From NCBI RefSeq assembly GCF_006345805.1, contig NC_043008.1, positions 18,290,001-18,354,000 of the forward strand: 64,000 nucleotides of DNA. The letters are read 5' to 3'. Below the pieces are notes generated by a model. It did not search any database and was not told the DNA's origin. It saw only the letters and a program-made list of their open reading frames with translations. This DNA comes from Octopus sinensis (lineage: Eukaryota). Made by a program: the position numbers and the translations under genes. Below are positions 36,725 through 50,559 of this stretch, in pieces. Positions within the stretch are counted from its first letter, which is position 1, and each line of letters begins with the position of its first letter.

Positions 36725-36870
36725 GACGGCAATTCTGGGAGAGGGAATATGTCGACTACATCAACTTCGGTGTTCAACTGGTACTTATTTTATCGACCCT
36801 GAGTGAATGAAAGGCAAAGCCGACCTCGGCGAAATTTGAAATCAGGACGTAGCGGCTGACGAAATACCTA
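36725..36870 (-). mobile_element. SINE family A fragment
   Basis: CTGGTACTTATTTTATCGACCC...ATGAAAGGCAAAGCCGACCTCGGC. Confidence 0.75.
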
Positions 36871-37064
36871 TAGGATCATGCTGAAGGTGGCTTCGTCAAC
36901 ATACGTGCCATCCTTGCTACATTCACCCATCTTTTTCTGAAAAGGTTTTGTTCGCTAGACAAAACTTGCCTCTCTACTCTCACTTTCCTTTTCAAGTGAT
37001 ACTTGAAAAAGTTGATAACAAATTGACCAGAGAGGAAAGGGTTTGTCTCTAATCCTTTCAGAAA

Positions 37065-37078
37065 GTTAGATAGATAGG

Positions 37079-37164
<86 letters not shown>

Positions 37165-37314
37165 GTATGCATGTAGGTAGGTAGGTAGGTAGGTAGGTAG
37201 GTAGATAGATAGATAGATAGATATGTAGATAGATAGACAGACAGACAGACAAACGGACGGACGGACAGACAGACGGGCAGACAGACAGGCAGGCAGATAG
37301 ATAGATAGATAGAT

Positions 37315-37377
<63 letters not shown>

Positions 37378-37378
37378 G
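37065..37378. repeat. Compound (AGAT)n/(AGGT)n/(AGAC)n/(ACGG)n microsatellite
   Basis: Direct inspection. Confidence 0.95.
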
Positions 37379-38039
37379 TGTGTCTGTCTGTATGTATGTA
37401 AATTTTTATAACTAAGAGTTACAAGCGAATTGTCCGCCTACTAATCATAGTACTCAATACTTGAGAAGCGTGTAAGTGTATCAGCGAATGTGTGTTTCTG
37501 TGTCACAGAAAGACAGTGTGCATGCTTTTATATAATGCTATGTTTGAGAAATTACGTAAGAAGTAAGTAATGATTAGTTTATCTCCGTCTTGTTGGTTCT
37601 TCAGTCTTATGATGACGTTTCATTGCTTTCTATTTGATAAAATCTGCAAGTTTGCCAATGGAAATATACGGTTTTGCATTTCTACACAGTGAGACATGTT
37701 CATTTCTGTAGCTGCCAGTCACAATAACATAAAGCGTTTAATCAAATTGTCTACTTACTATGCATCTAATACTGACATATTTCATTTGAACATTTTTGGA
37801 AAGTTTGAGAATTCTTCTTCAACGAAGGGATGTAATTGTAGTGCCTATATTATTTGCATCTAATGTGTTGAAGCAGGTATTAAGAGTAGACGTTGAGAAG
37901 ACGTGTAGATCGAAAAGTAAGGTGTTAGAAACTATTGTCACAATGTAGGCAAGTATATCAAAAAAACGCTGATGATTATCGATTTTTTTCTGGAGATTTG
38001 TGGAAAAGAATAATCTATTATATTTACTCGATTTCGCTC

Positions 38040-38300
38040 GTGAATTCGTCAATCTCTCGTTCTGCCGTATATATAGGTATGTATTCTTCGTGCCTATTAT
38101 GGCAACCTTAGGCTGTCATGTTTTGCCATGTAGATCTAGCTGCCTCCACTTCTCATGTCCTACTCCAATACTTTGTGGGGGACTCTCAATCAGTCACTCA
38201 CGATACAAAACGCAATCAGTTTAGCCTACTTCCTCTAGAATTGATCACTATATCGTTTCTGTCCTCTTTTCCTTAGTATATCTAGATTATTGATTCAATC
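38040..38300 (-). pseudogene. Decayed RTE-like LINE 3' coding remnant
   Basis: Minus-strand RKRGQKRYSDQ and AARSTWQ resemble the RxRGxxKRxxD...DRxxW terminus of RTE ORFs. Confidence 0.35.
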
Positions 38301-38785
38301 TATAAATTTCCATATTGTTAATTCTCTTCCTATGTTTCTGCATTGGTAATCCGACCTTTGATATCGAACACTTCTTAAATGACAATTATTTTATCAACCT
38401 CCAGAAGGAAGAAACACAGCCTCGACCGTGGAATTATCTGAACTCTCCCTTAAATAGATATACTAAAATACGAAAGAATCTTGTACGTTGTTTTTTACCA
38501 ATTTTATTTTTATCAATTGGGTGCAATTGGTAAAAATATAAACTTGTCAAAGAATATCCTTTGCCGGATGCAGTAATTGTGGGATGAGGGTCCAAGACAG
38601 GAAAAAAAGAGATCAGGGTCTTAAAAAATTTTACTTTTTACGTTATAATACGTGGAATCGAGTGGTGAGGAATAAATATGTTTTATACATAATCATATTT
38701 CTATGGACACTATAAATTTTGCGTTTCTTATCACAGGAACAATAGCGTACAAGGTTAAGAAAATATGAGCAAAAATGGAACAGAT

Positions 38786-39190
38786 GCGTAGGAGTGGCTG
38801 TGTGGCAAGTAGCTTGCTTAGGGACCACATGGTTCCGGGTTCAGTCCCGCTGCGTGGCACCTTGGGAAAATATCTTCTACTACAGCCTCGGGCCGACCAA
38901 AGCCTTGTGAGTGGATTTGGTAGACGGAAACTGAAAGAAGCACGTCGTATATATGTATGTGTGTGTGTGTATGTTTGTGTGCGTGTGTTTGTCCCCCCAA
39001 CATCACTTGACAACCGATGCTGGTGCGTTTATGTCCCTGTAATTTAGCAGTTCGGCAAACGTGACCGATGGAATAAGTACTAGGCCTACAAAGAATAAGT
39101 CCTGGGGTCGATTTGCTCGACTAAAGGCGGTGCTCCAGCATGGCCACAGTCAATTGACTGAAACGAGTTAAAGAGTAAAGAGTAAAGAGA
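38786..39190 (+). mobile_element. SINE family B, full length
   Basis: Complete head, body and tail ending in (GAGTAAA)n. Confidence 0.93.
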
Positions 39191-39759
39191 TGCAATAACA
39201 TTCGGATTCGTTTTTTAGAAAACCCAGGAAAAATATTCAGTAAATACGTCAAAATGAGATAGAACGAATATTAGGATAGAAGCAGTGGGCATTATATTCA
39301 CCAACTGCAAGCTACGGGCGATTCATTGAAGGCAGCATGTGTAACATGCATCTCATTGTGTACTTTTAATTCAAGGTTAATGTGAATGCTGGTAGGTGAT
39401 ACGTGGAGGGATTTCTATCTAAATGTTTGTTGTGGCAATGTTGTTAGAATTGTTTTAACTGTTGTTAGTGATGTTAACCTCCGGGGTTATACTTGACCGA
39501 CCAGAGCTATATCCGTAGAGAAATTATCATTAAAATTGACGGAGGATTCTGATACGGGTAATTTAAAGTGGAGAGCTTTTAATGACCTGTATCAAAACCA
39601 CGTTATGTATTCGCTAATTCAGTAAATATTGTATGATACCAATGTTATAGTGAATTTTTATAGATTTAACCCCTTTCACACATTCATTCAACATCATCCG
39701 TATGATATATATGTATATATATATATATATAGGATATATATATATAGACGGCATGAGAG

Positions 39760-39955
39760 ATCGTTAGCCACTACACACATTTTTTCTCACATTGTTTCTC
39801 TCCTTGTTTTCTGTGTCCTTTTCTATAGAAGAGCGTAGGCACGAAACGTAAAAGACTTTTTCTATTCCTGAGCGTTATACTAATACATCTGTTTGTTTTG
39901 TACACCACATGTCTTCATCTTTTGTTGTTTTTTTCGTAAACTCTCCCTATATATA
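39760..39955 (+). mobile_element. Penelope-type pLTR-like short repeat with a degenerate hammerhead motif
   Basis: CTTTT-CTATAGA-A-GAGC(GTAG)GCAC-GAAAC-GTA-AAAG; homologous to 24437-24640. Confidence 0.62.
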
Positions 39956-40838
39956 TATATATATATATACGTACATATATATTCTTTGTATTAGTTGAAA
40001 TATTAAAATATAATGTTTTTGTTTATTTTTTGACATGCAGTACCATTGGATTTCCTATTATATTTCAGCAAAAACATTAGATAAGAATTAATTTGATACT
40101 AAAAGATTAGAAGAAAAAAATCATTTCATTTTAAAAATTACCTCCGTCCCAACGTGGTAAATGTTTACGATAATCAAATACTTAACTACGGTACAGATAA
40201 GAGCAATATATGGGACAATAGGAGACTGAAAATAAATTTTAAGTCAATTATTCAGCTATCGGTGCTGGGATGTGCAATTGAGAATAAGACGCATATAAAC
40301 TGACCATGAATATATCTGTCGTTCTCTCGATTAATTAAAGTCATAAGTTCTAGTGCTATGCAATAAAGATCACTGTATCTCTTGTTAGTATAGTAATTTC
40401 TTAAGAGACAAAACTTCTTTGATCAAGCAGTTTTATGACAACATGCATCCGATTGTCACCGTCTTGTCTTCGAGGAAGTTACATTTATGCTTATGAATGG
40501 GAGTACTAGTTTTTAACACGGTTTTCAATGATTTGTCGAACGTTTGGCTGCTATTCCTGGAGACCACATTGATAATCAATGAGCCTTCCTAGTGTTGCTT
40601 TACATGTCTTTTTTGCACGATCCAGCTTCACGAAATATGTGTGATAGCAAGGTCATTTTCTCTCATACTTCTTAATATATTATCGTGATCACTTGTACAA
40701 ACACACACACAGACACATATATGTTTGTGTATCTGTGAGTGTGCATGTGTGTGGGGGTATGTGTCGAATAATATTCTTAACCATGAATATTTTTCACAGT
40801 TCCTTCAAACTACAGGCATACTTAGCCATCGACGATAC

Positions 40839-40922
<84 letters not shown>

Positions 40923-41564
40923 TTGTTGTATGGGTGTGTAGGTGTCTCTGACAAGAACGATGTTTATTTATGCCAGTGTTAATCGATGTGTCAATTTTGT
41001 TTTACTGTTATAAGAAGAAATGTAACTTAGCGTTTCGATAAAATCACCATCATACTGAAGTATGTTCATTGATCGATATGACCGAATTTGAACAAATCAA
41101 CAGGCTTACACCTCATATATGCATGTGTCATATATATACACGCACATATATATATACACTCATATGTATACATAGATGTATATCTACGTATGCTAGTATG
41201 TACGTAAGTATACATAGCTGTATGTGTATCCATGCTAGCAAGGATTGGATATGTGCATCATTGAATACGTGCTTGGTTGTGTATCCAATTCAACGTACAA
41301 GTTTAAAGTATGCATACTGCTAAAAATCTAACACGAGAAATCAAAACTAAAGAAAAAGGAAACAAATAGCATCGCTAAAGGATGTCAGGTCATAAGTAAA
41401 AGCTTAATCTCTGAGATTTCGGATGAAATTACGAAGTTTTTATAAGATGTATTAACGATATTCCTCTTCGTTTTAGTTTAGTTCTTTATCCAACATTCAC
41501 CATGCCTGTATATGCCTGAGTTTGAATGTCTGTGTATGTATGCAGATACATATGAATATGAATA

Positions 41565-41619
<55 letters not shown>

Positions 41620-42025
41620 GCATATACATACATATGCATATACATATATATATATATATATGCATATACATACATATACATATACATACATATATATATA
41701 TGCATATACATACATATGCATATACATACATATATATATATGTATATATGCATATACATACATATGCATATATATATATGCATATACATACATATGCATA
41801 TATATATATATATGCATATACATACATATGCATATATATATATATATATATGCATATACATATATATATATATGTATATATGCATATACATACATATGCA
41901 TATACATATATATATATGCATATACATACATATGCATATACATATATATATATATATATGCATATACATACATATGCATATACATATATATATATATTAT
42001 ATATATATATAATATATATATATAT
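41565..42025. repeat. AT-rich higher-order minisatellite built on TATATGCATATACATACATATGCATATACA units
   Basis: Repeated ~30-45-nt units separated by variable (TA)n. Confidence 0.85.
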
Positions 42026-42378
42026 ACGTTCATGCGTGTGTACGTGCGTTGGCCTCGCTGTCTACGTGTATCATTCTGTATCTGTACGTGCATCTGTGAT
42101 GTGGGTATGTAAGAGTGTATATGCATGCGATATTGATCCGCATATATGATCACATGAGCGTTTTTTGCGCTCTCCGCCAGTAAGCCTGTGTGGCTAACTC
42201 TTACATTAGTAAGATGTCGCAGTTTGACGCCGCTGTTTCAGTGACTCGTAATCCGATTAGATATCGGTGTTACTCAACGCAAGTGGAAGAAACATTTTAT
42301 ATACATACATATTTGGATTGATGATAGATAGATAGATATTTGCATACATCTATATATGTATATATATGCATATATATA

Positions 42379-42476
<98 letters not shown>

Positions 42477-42615
42477 CAATATATATAATATATATATATA
42501 TACATACGTACATAATATTTTATGTATGCATATATTTATTTGATAAATTTATTACAGACACAAGCATATATATGTGTATGAATATTACCCACACACACAT
42601 ATATATATATATATA

Positions 42616-42675
<60 letters not shown>

Positions 42676-43986
42676 CATATTGAAGCATAACCTTATGTAC
42701 CACGAATACATTATGAAAAGCAATGTTGACATGTATGCAAATAAAGCATATTTGCATACGTTTCAGCTGTAAGATTTTGGTTGTGTTTTATTTAAAAGCC
42801 TCCTACATTCTTTATTTCATTGTTACACATATTCTTTCATACTTGTATAGGTTTCAAGTACTACATTTAGTTGGCCGTATCTTGAAACCATTTCGCTTTT
42901 GCAGCTGGGACTATACGCTATTCTGACGATGCCATATATTTTTCTTACTACGGATGCATTCACTTATATGTATGCAGAGTCATATGCACACATATACACG
43001 CGTATGCTAATGCATACAATGAGATACATTTATAAATGTCCATCACCAAGCATCACACATGCATTTCTTAATTCTTTTACAGTTTCTCTCAAAATGTATT
43101 TTCACGTATACACAAACGTGTGTTTGTGTGTGCATGTGTGTGTATGCATGTGTGTGTATGTGTGTGCGCGAACGCGAGTATGTGGGCTTTTGCATTTTCA
43201 GTAAAACCAATCCTGTTGATTTGTAGCTAGTATAAGGGATAATATGAAAAATATACCATTTTGCCATCAAAATATACCATTTTGCCATCGTCATAAGCTT
43301 CATGAAGCTGATGGTGAGGATGATGATGATGATGATGGTACTGATGATGATGATGATGAGGAGGAGGAGGATAACGGTGGTGGTGGAAGCGGAGATGTGT
43401 AATGGAATGAAGTTAATTTGTAATATGTCAAAGCTGATATGAATAAAAATATGGAAGTTAATGTCGCCAAAGCGCTATATATATAATACACTCTCTCGTT
43501 GCTTCGACAACTGATGCTTCAGCAAGATATGGCTTAATAACGGACATCACACTTTAGATACCTGAGTTCTGGGTCAAACGGAAGACATCTTTCTGCCTCG
43601 CCATCGCTATAAAACATGATGCTAGTACTGGTTCATATTTTGCTGATGAATAGTGGGCATGTTTTGAACTTCAAACTTAAACTGTTTCGGTGCAACAAGC
43701 GTCACGAACCAAAATACAAGATGAGTATCGTAAGAATTCAAAGAGCTGATGGGTCTCATTATTCCTGGATTGTTACCTTGTCAGTGAGGGAACGTCTTTA
43801 AGAGACAATTCCTTGACATTCTGATTAGCCCGTAGCACTGGGACATTGGCAGGTGCTGTTCCACAGGATCGGGATAGACATGGGGACGATAGTGGCTAAG
43901 ATTTGGTTCCACATTCCTGGAAACCGAGGAAATCTTCAAGCAGGGCCTCACTGCCGGTTGCAGTATAAAATATACCTACATACCGC

Positions 43987-44038
<52 letters not shown>

Positions 44039-44194
44039 ATGTGTATGTGTGTGTGTGTGTGTGTGTGTCATAAATCCGAAAGCGAATGCCACAGTGTCAG
44101 TGTGTCACTCTCTTTCAACTTTACTCCTCGACCGCACTTCTCACTATTCAATGACTATTCAACCATATTACGTGCTTCAGAACGTTCGGAAATG

Positions 44195-44875
44195 AGATAC
44201 GTATGGAACTCCCTCTCTCAAACAATATTACTTCTCATAACTCTGTACCAAAAAAAAGGCTAAAAACTTGCTATTTTTTCAGATATTAATAAAATTTGTC
44301 GGACCTATTTCCATGCTTTCGGCCGTCGGAGGAATGGAAACTTAGCGCACGCCGAGTGCACGAAAACAGATTCGACTAATTTATGATTACCTAAAAAATA
44401 CTAATTCTATTATCTAAAAAAGTTTCTTTCTTAATCCTAACATTTGAGAAAAATTTGTCTCTCAACTGTATCAAGTAATTTAACCATAACTCTACTCTCG
44501 AAACTGTTTTGTTCGTATTCCTAACATTTTGAAAAAAATATTTTTCTCAATATTATAACTGTTTCCAAAAGTAATTTCCAAAATATGCATTTTCAAAGAA
44601 TCTTTCTGTAAATATTATAACTGCATCAAATAATTTAACCATAACACGTGCTTCATAAGGTTCAGAGCTAAAATGCGTATTGAACTCACTCCCTCATACA
44701 ATATCACATCTCATAACTCTCTGCCATAAAAATGTTGGAAACATTTCAGATATTAATAAAATTTGTCGGGCCTATTTTATTATCGTCAGCCATCGGAGCT
44801 AAAGAAATTTAGCGCACGCCGACTGCATGAAAATAGTATCGACTAATTTTATTATTTCCTTAAAAAATACTAACA
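44195..44875 (+). repeat. Two diverged ~200-bp direct repeats with shorter sub-repeats between them
   Basis: TTTCAGATATTAATAAAATTTGTCGG...TTAGCGCACGCCGA...CGACTAATTT...AAAAAATACTAA occurs at about 44195-44410 and 44675-44875. Confidence 0.8.
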
Positions 44876-45309
44876 AATATTGCATTTCAAACATCGTTAT
44901 GGTCAAATACATTTAAAGCAATTCCAAGCCATAAAAATCACACTTTAAAATAATGCTTAACGACAGTAGTATAATTTTCAAACAGGAGTTTAGATAGGTA
45001 ACAGCTACTACAAATAATTGTTCGTACGAAAATTAAGGCTCTGCGTACATCAAATTGGGATTAAATTATGTGCGGCAGGAGAATTAACGTTGAACTTTTA
45101 TAAGCTAAGTGTATAGTTGCTTATTGCATACGGCGGCAGTATATCTCCGCCAACAGAGGACCAAATTGCAATCAAAAGAGCCAAGGCTACAGAGAAGAAA
45201 AGAAAGTTCCGTGGAAATAAAAACCTCGATCAAATGGCAGGGAAGAGAGTTTCCAGTGCGGAGAATATACCCAAGGTCCTCAGGAGCTAGCTTAAAAGCC
45301 GCCTTAGAT

Positions 45310-45324
45310 AGATAAAATAGATGA

Positions 45325-45365
<41 letters not shown>

Positions 45366-45374
45366 GAGATAGAG

Positions 45375-45465
<91 letters not shown>

Positions 45466-45467
45466 TA
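45310..45467. repeat. (GATA)n/(GA)n microsatellite
   Basis: Direct inspection. Confidence 0.95.
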
Positions 45468-45599
45468 GGTACAATAGTAGTGTTTTTAAAGAAGCTCTCT
45501 TTGCGACCTTGTCTTTCTCACCTTAGTAACATCAGGCTTTCTTATTCAGTGTCTTCGAAACTCCCTTCGTCGTGATTTCAAATTCTATATGAGTACCAT

Positions 45600-46640
45600 T
45601 TAAGCTAGCCGTCAGATGTAAAACCTCATTAGATTTAGGTGGTTTTAGCGCTCCTAAATATTCACCAATTTATTTTTTATTCCTGGGGTAGGTGGGATTT
45701 TTTTCCAGCATCTTCTGATACCCATGTCACAATTACATATTATGAGCACCCTTCTATTTCTGCTTCCATATTCTTATACCTACTTTAAAATATTACATAC
45801 AGTTCTTGAATAATTTCTTATAGAAACTCTCTTCGGTTATTGGTTTCCAACACACTTGTATCTATCTTCACAGTAACATTAACTTTTTTTCTTTACTTCT
45901 CGGTGTAGTTCTTAATACCTGTATTTCACATGTGTGGCATCGTTCTTTGCTTCTTGTTTTCGAAGTTTATGGACAACATCCCATGTCCCGACCGTTATCT
46001 TCTGGTCACTAGGTTAATCTATTTTTCTCTACGTTCAATTACCGATTGTCTCAACTCTAATGTCTCTGAATATATTATTCAGGATTGCTTTCGCTTTTAA
46101 TGCTGCATATCGGTTGATAAGATCAATCAGAAGTGCCTGTTGTCATCTTCGTTAAGTTTACTAATGTCAAAAGGACGTGATTGTTTTTAGATCATTATCA
46201 TTTATTCTGCATTGAGCTCGATCTCCTCGATTCACTTCACCGCCAATGACTTGCGCCAATGTGAGCTTCTCCATTAATACAGACGAATTGCGATCATATT
46301 TTTCATAATCTTTTTTTATCATACATTTGAAATCGATCTCATTTTCATAGTTACTACTCGGGTATATCTCAGCTTCCGTATATATCAACTCAAAGAACAT
46401 TTTGATTAAGCAGATAATATCTTTGGCGCCAATTCCATCGAACAGCCATGATACGTCCATCTTTAACACCCTTGACGGGAATATTCCAAGACGTTTCAAC
46501 GACAATGCATATCTCACTTATAATTCTACATTAAAGTCAACTGTTACAGTTATAATGCAATGTTTTGATAATCCCTCTAATGTGATATTCAACTGATATC
46601 AGAATTCTTATTATGTTTTTTCATCAGAAACTTTTCTCTT
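45600..46640 (-). pseudogene. Decayed RTE-like LINE fragment (APE endonuclease end plus linker)
   Basis: Minus-strand IITVTVDFNV (compare IIxGDFNAK), SWLFDG...IICL (compare TWxSPDG...IDYI) and TWDVVHKLRKQ...ELHREVKK (linker), with many stops. Confidence 0.5.
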
Positions 46641-46681
46641 CAAGCAGACTTGCACGAAGTTTGATTATTTATTATTTATTT

Positions 46682-46997
46682 ATGCGCCCCTTTCAAGCCT
46701 AGCCAGGCTCATGGGCCCGGTTTCCCGGTTTCTGTGGCGTATGTGTTTTCACCCCCACCCCCCAGCTGGACGGGCCGCCAGTCCATCGCAGCGTTACTCA
46801 AGAAACAGGAAGGAAGAGTGAGAGAAAGTTGGGGCGAAAGAGTACAACAAAGTGTCGCCACCACCCCCTGCCGTAACCTCGTGGAGCTTTAGGTGGTTTC
46901 GCTCAATAAACACACACAACGCCCGGTCTGGGAATCAAAACCGCGATCCTCCGACCGCGAGTCCGCTGCCCTAACCACTGGGCCATTCCGCCTCCAC
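46682..46997 (-). mobile_element. SINE family C, tail type 2
   Basis: Same head and body as 5893-6270 up to CTTCCTGTTTCT, then a different tail CTGCGATGGACTGGCGGCCCGTCCAG...GGCTAGGCTTGAAAGGGGCGCATA. Confidence 0.88.
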
Positions 46998-48573
46998 ACG
47001 AAGTTTGATCAGCAGGATTTATTTTCAGTTGTGCTATGATGTTTTTTTCGATACAGCTTCCTCACCTTTTAATAATATTTTAAAGAGCTTGTCTTCTCCA
47101 CGACAAACGTTTAACGCTCTATTTCTACTTCAATCTCTACTTCATTCATGTCTAGTATGGATGCACCATGACTTTTTCTATACTGTCTACAGTCAGATCA
47201 TGATTTACCACTAAAATATTCCAAGACAGTCCATATAGTTACTGTTATTGACGTTATTGACCTTCACTTTAATTCTAAAGAGAACTGACATATTTGCAGT
47301 AGTTTTGTGCACGCCGTTATCATACAACTGATGTTTTGTATTATTTTTGTGATCAGTTTGTGTTCACCAAGGTTTTCTTTTGTTTTGTTTTGTTTTTAGC
47401 TAATCATCCTGGTTTACGCAAGCTTTCAAAAGGCTCACTTTCCTTAGTTGAATGACACGAATAACTGCCTTCTGGGCCTAAATATAACGTGTGGCAAAAG
47501 TTCGGGTGTCTTTATTTTACATGACACACATCATGGGCATATCTGACAAAGGCTGTCCGGTTTCACATGAGCAATATTATCAGCAGACGTTAAGATTCTG
47601 CTCTACTTCAGCTAAGAGTACTGAGCAACGTTTAAGTGTTTTGACAGGGTCATATCTATTTTATAATGAATCATACAGCCAGATGACGCCCAATTAATAA
47701 TGAGGCATGTTAGATTTTTCGCAGATTACTTAAAACTGCACATATTAAAACATCTACTTATAGAATTTGACGAGTATGTGTTAAATATATTCATATGTTT
47801 TTTTTTGGGGGTTTTTTATTCAGTAGTTCAGTTTTCTAAAATGATTGATACGTTGAAATTTAGAATAACACCCGTGCGTTTCTCTAAATTCTCTCGAATA
47901 ACCCTTGGCAATAATTTGAAGCGTTAATATCGCATTAAATGAGAATGAGCATTTAAATAAAAGCCCGTATTCAAGAAGCATTTAAATTGAGTTAGCCTTA
48001 GACTTAAATATGAACCGAAAACCCATTAAGGAATAATATCGTTTAGATCAGTATTAATGTAGGGTGAAATATATTTGATATTAAACTGATCGTTAATTAT
48101 ACAATCCATATTGTAAAACTCACTAAATGGTGAAATATTAAGAAGGCTCTATTGAGTTTGAATATCAGAAATCAACTAAAATGACATTAGTTGGAATGAG
48201 ATTTATATATCAGCTTCGTCTGTGGTTATATGCGCAATATGACATGCAGTCATGAACTTGCCCGCTCATTATTTTATTTATGGACGACGATATTTCTAAG
48301 GTAATGTATGTGAATCAACCATGCCGGCACTTGTGGATGTATACTGCTATGCAACACGCACATAAACGCGTGTGTAGCGCTTTAATGTATGGTTGCGTAC
48401 TAAGTGCAACGCAGAAGTTGTGTGTGTATGTAAATATGTGTATATAGATATGTATGAGCGAATGTTTGTGAGTATATATAGTAAAAGGTGTATCTTAGGG
48501 TATTTGGTTATCACATGCCGATAGGCGAAATCTAACTCCCACTCATCTCCACTTTCGTACATTTTATTCTGTT

Positions 48574-48960
48574 ATAGGCGTAAGAGTGGCTGTGTAGTAA
48601 GTAGCTTGCTTACCAGCCACATGGTACCGGGTTCAGTCCCACTGCCTGGCATCTTGAGCAAGTGTCTTCTACTATAGCCTCGGGCCGACCAAAGCATTAT
48701 GAGTGGATTTGGTAGACGGAAACTGAAATAAGCCCGTCGTATATATGTATATATGTGTGTATGTATGTATGTGTGTTTATAAGTTTGTATGTCTGTGTTT
48801 GGCCCCCAACATCGCTTGACAACCGATGCTAGTGCGTTTACGTACCCGTAACTTAGCGGTTCGGCAAAAGAGACCGATAGAATAAGTACTAGGCTTACAA
48901 TGAATGGCCACAGTCACATGACTGAAACAAGTAAAAGAGTAAAAGAGTAAAAGAGCAAAG
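48574..48960 (+). mobile_element. SINE family B with a small internal deletion
   Basis: Full head; tail (GTAAAAGA)3. Confidence 0.9.
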
Positions 48961-48984
48961 AGTTATCGATATTAATACAAACCT

Positions 48985-49195
48985 CAAGGTGGCGACATGA
49001 CATAATCATTACCGCGCCTAGCAAATGCTTAGCGGCATTTCGTCCGTCTTTACATCCTGATTTCCACTTAGCCTTTCATCATAACGGATTTGATCAAATA
49101 AGCACCAGTTGAGCGGTGTGGGCGTTGTAATTGCTACAAACTACCCCCTTGAAATTGCTGGACTTATGCCGAATTTTGAAATCAGTATTAACACA
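48985..49195 (+). mobile_element. Diverged SINE family A
   Basis: AAGGTGGCGACATG...GCCTTTCATC...AAATAAGCACCAGTTGAG. Confidence 0.65.
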
Positions 49196-49741
49196 CCTCC
49201 TCCAGTAAATGAGCCATTTTTATTTCTAAACTTGCTTTAAAATTATAGCATTCAGTCAAGATTATCTGCGTACGTGTATGCTCCTCGTTGTCATTTAACT
49301 TCATATTTTACACGTGTATAAGATCGCATTAAGATATTATTATCTCGAATACACTGAGAAAACAAAAGCTCATCTATTATGGTCATATTCGAAGAAGCAG
49401 ATGCGTAGAAAACATTATCATAGAAAGAAGAGTAGAAAGTAGAAGTTCAAGAGGCAGGCAAAGCACGCAATGGCTGGACAATAACATCAAATAACAAGAG
49501 TGGTAAAGCAGTTGGATAATGCGCGCATGATCGCCAAGGTTTTCGTTGTAGTGCCTTGAATGCGCTGCAAATGTATGACACATGATGACGAAGACGAAGA
49601 CGACGACATCGGCACTTATTTACCATAATCAGGAATTTTTGGTATGTTTAAAATATAGCTGGTTATCAGACAACTCCTTATCAATCTTTATTTTAAAAAA
49701 AGTTCATTTTATGCTCCTTCGTTATTCTTATTGTTACTCAA

Positions 49742-49775
<34 letters not shown>

Positions 49776-49785
49776 GCTGTTGTTA

Positions 49786-49829
<44 letters not shown>

Positions 49830-49926
49830 GAGTGAGAGAGCAGTGCATGCCATCAAAGTGACACTGGGGTAAAATATACGAAGCCCAATATACCCATCAT
49901 GACTACCCGTCTGATAAGGGTACACC

Positions 49927-49959
<33 letters not shown>

Positions 49960-50527
49960 CATCATCATTATTGAGTGAGAGAGCAGTGCATGCACTCAAA
50001 GTGACACTGGGGTAAAATATACGAAATCCAGTATACCCATCATAACTACCCGTCTGATAAGGGTACACCAGGTACATACGTCACAACCATATGTACGCGA
50101 CATGGTGATCTCATGTCAAGATAAACAGCGCATTACCCTGCAGGCGGGGCCCAGTTAGAATTTTCTTCAGGTCGAGTAGCCCATTCTGCTCAAAAAGTCC
50201 CCGAATAAGGATTGTTTAAAGATGTTGAACGAAACACCCATGTTTCCAAAGGTGAATTATCCAGGCCTCTAAGAATTCCTTTCAACACACAAATATGATG
50301 CTTCCCTACTACTTCTGCTCGTGATCAGAGATGCACATGTTATCAGCCACTAAGGGACATGCTCAACTGGTTACGGTCAAACAACTGACAAGCATATCAG
50401 TGGTATTGAGCAGAATATTTGCTGTAGCCCGTTTTTATACCAAGACGAAACAATATACATGATAACACTTCCAATCGGTTAAAATCAGAAGCCACGAGAG
50501 CCATTACTTGGTACTGCATCAGGGCAT
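49830..50527 (-). mobile_element. Non-coding ~555-bp element (49973-50527) plus a 97-bp 3'-end duplicate (49830-49926), embedded in (TTA)n
   Basis: Both copies begin on the plus strand GAGTGAGAGAGCAGTGCATGC...GATAAGGGTACACC, and each is flanked by TTA arrays. No ORF or tRNA head seen. Confidence 0.8.

Positions 50528-50559
<32 letters not shown>

Noticed and set aside
43616-43900. Possible decayed CR1-type RT (SWIV..., AVPQ)
   Set aside because: The similarity is limited to a few residues and could be chance.
44195-44875. CRISPR-like repeat-spacer interpretation of this or the SINE repeats
   Set aside because: Eukaryotic context, only 2-3 diverged units, no regular spacer length and no cas genes.
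46167-46517. 116-aa ORF as a host gene
   Set aside because: Better explained as part of a decayed RTE-like APE domain, given the flanking DFN and linker motifs with stops.
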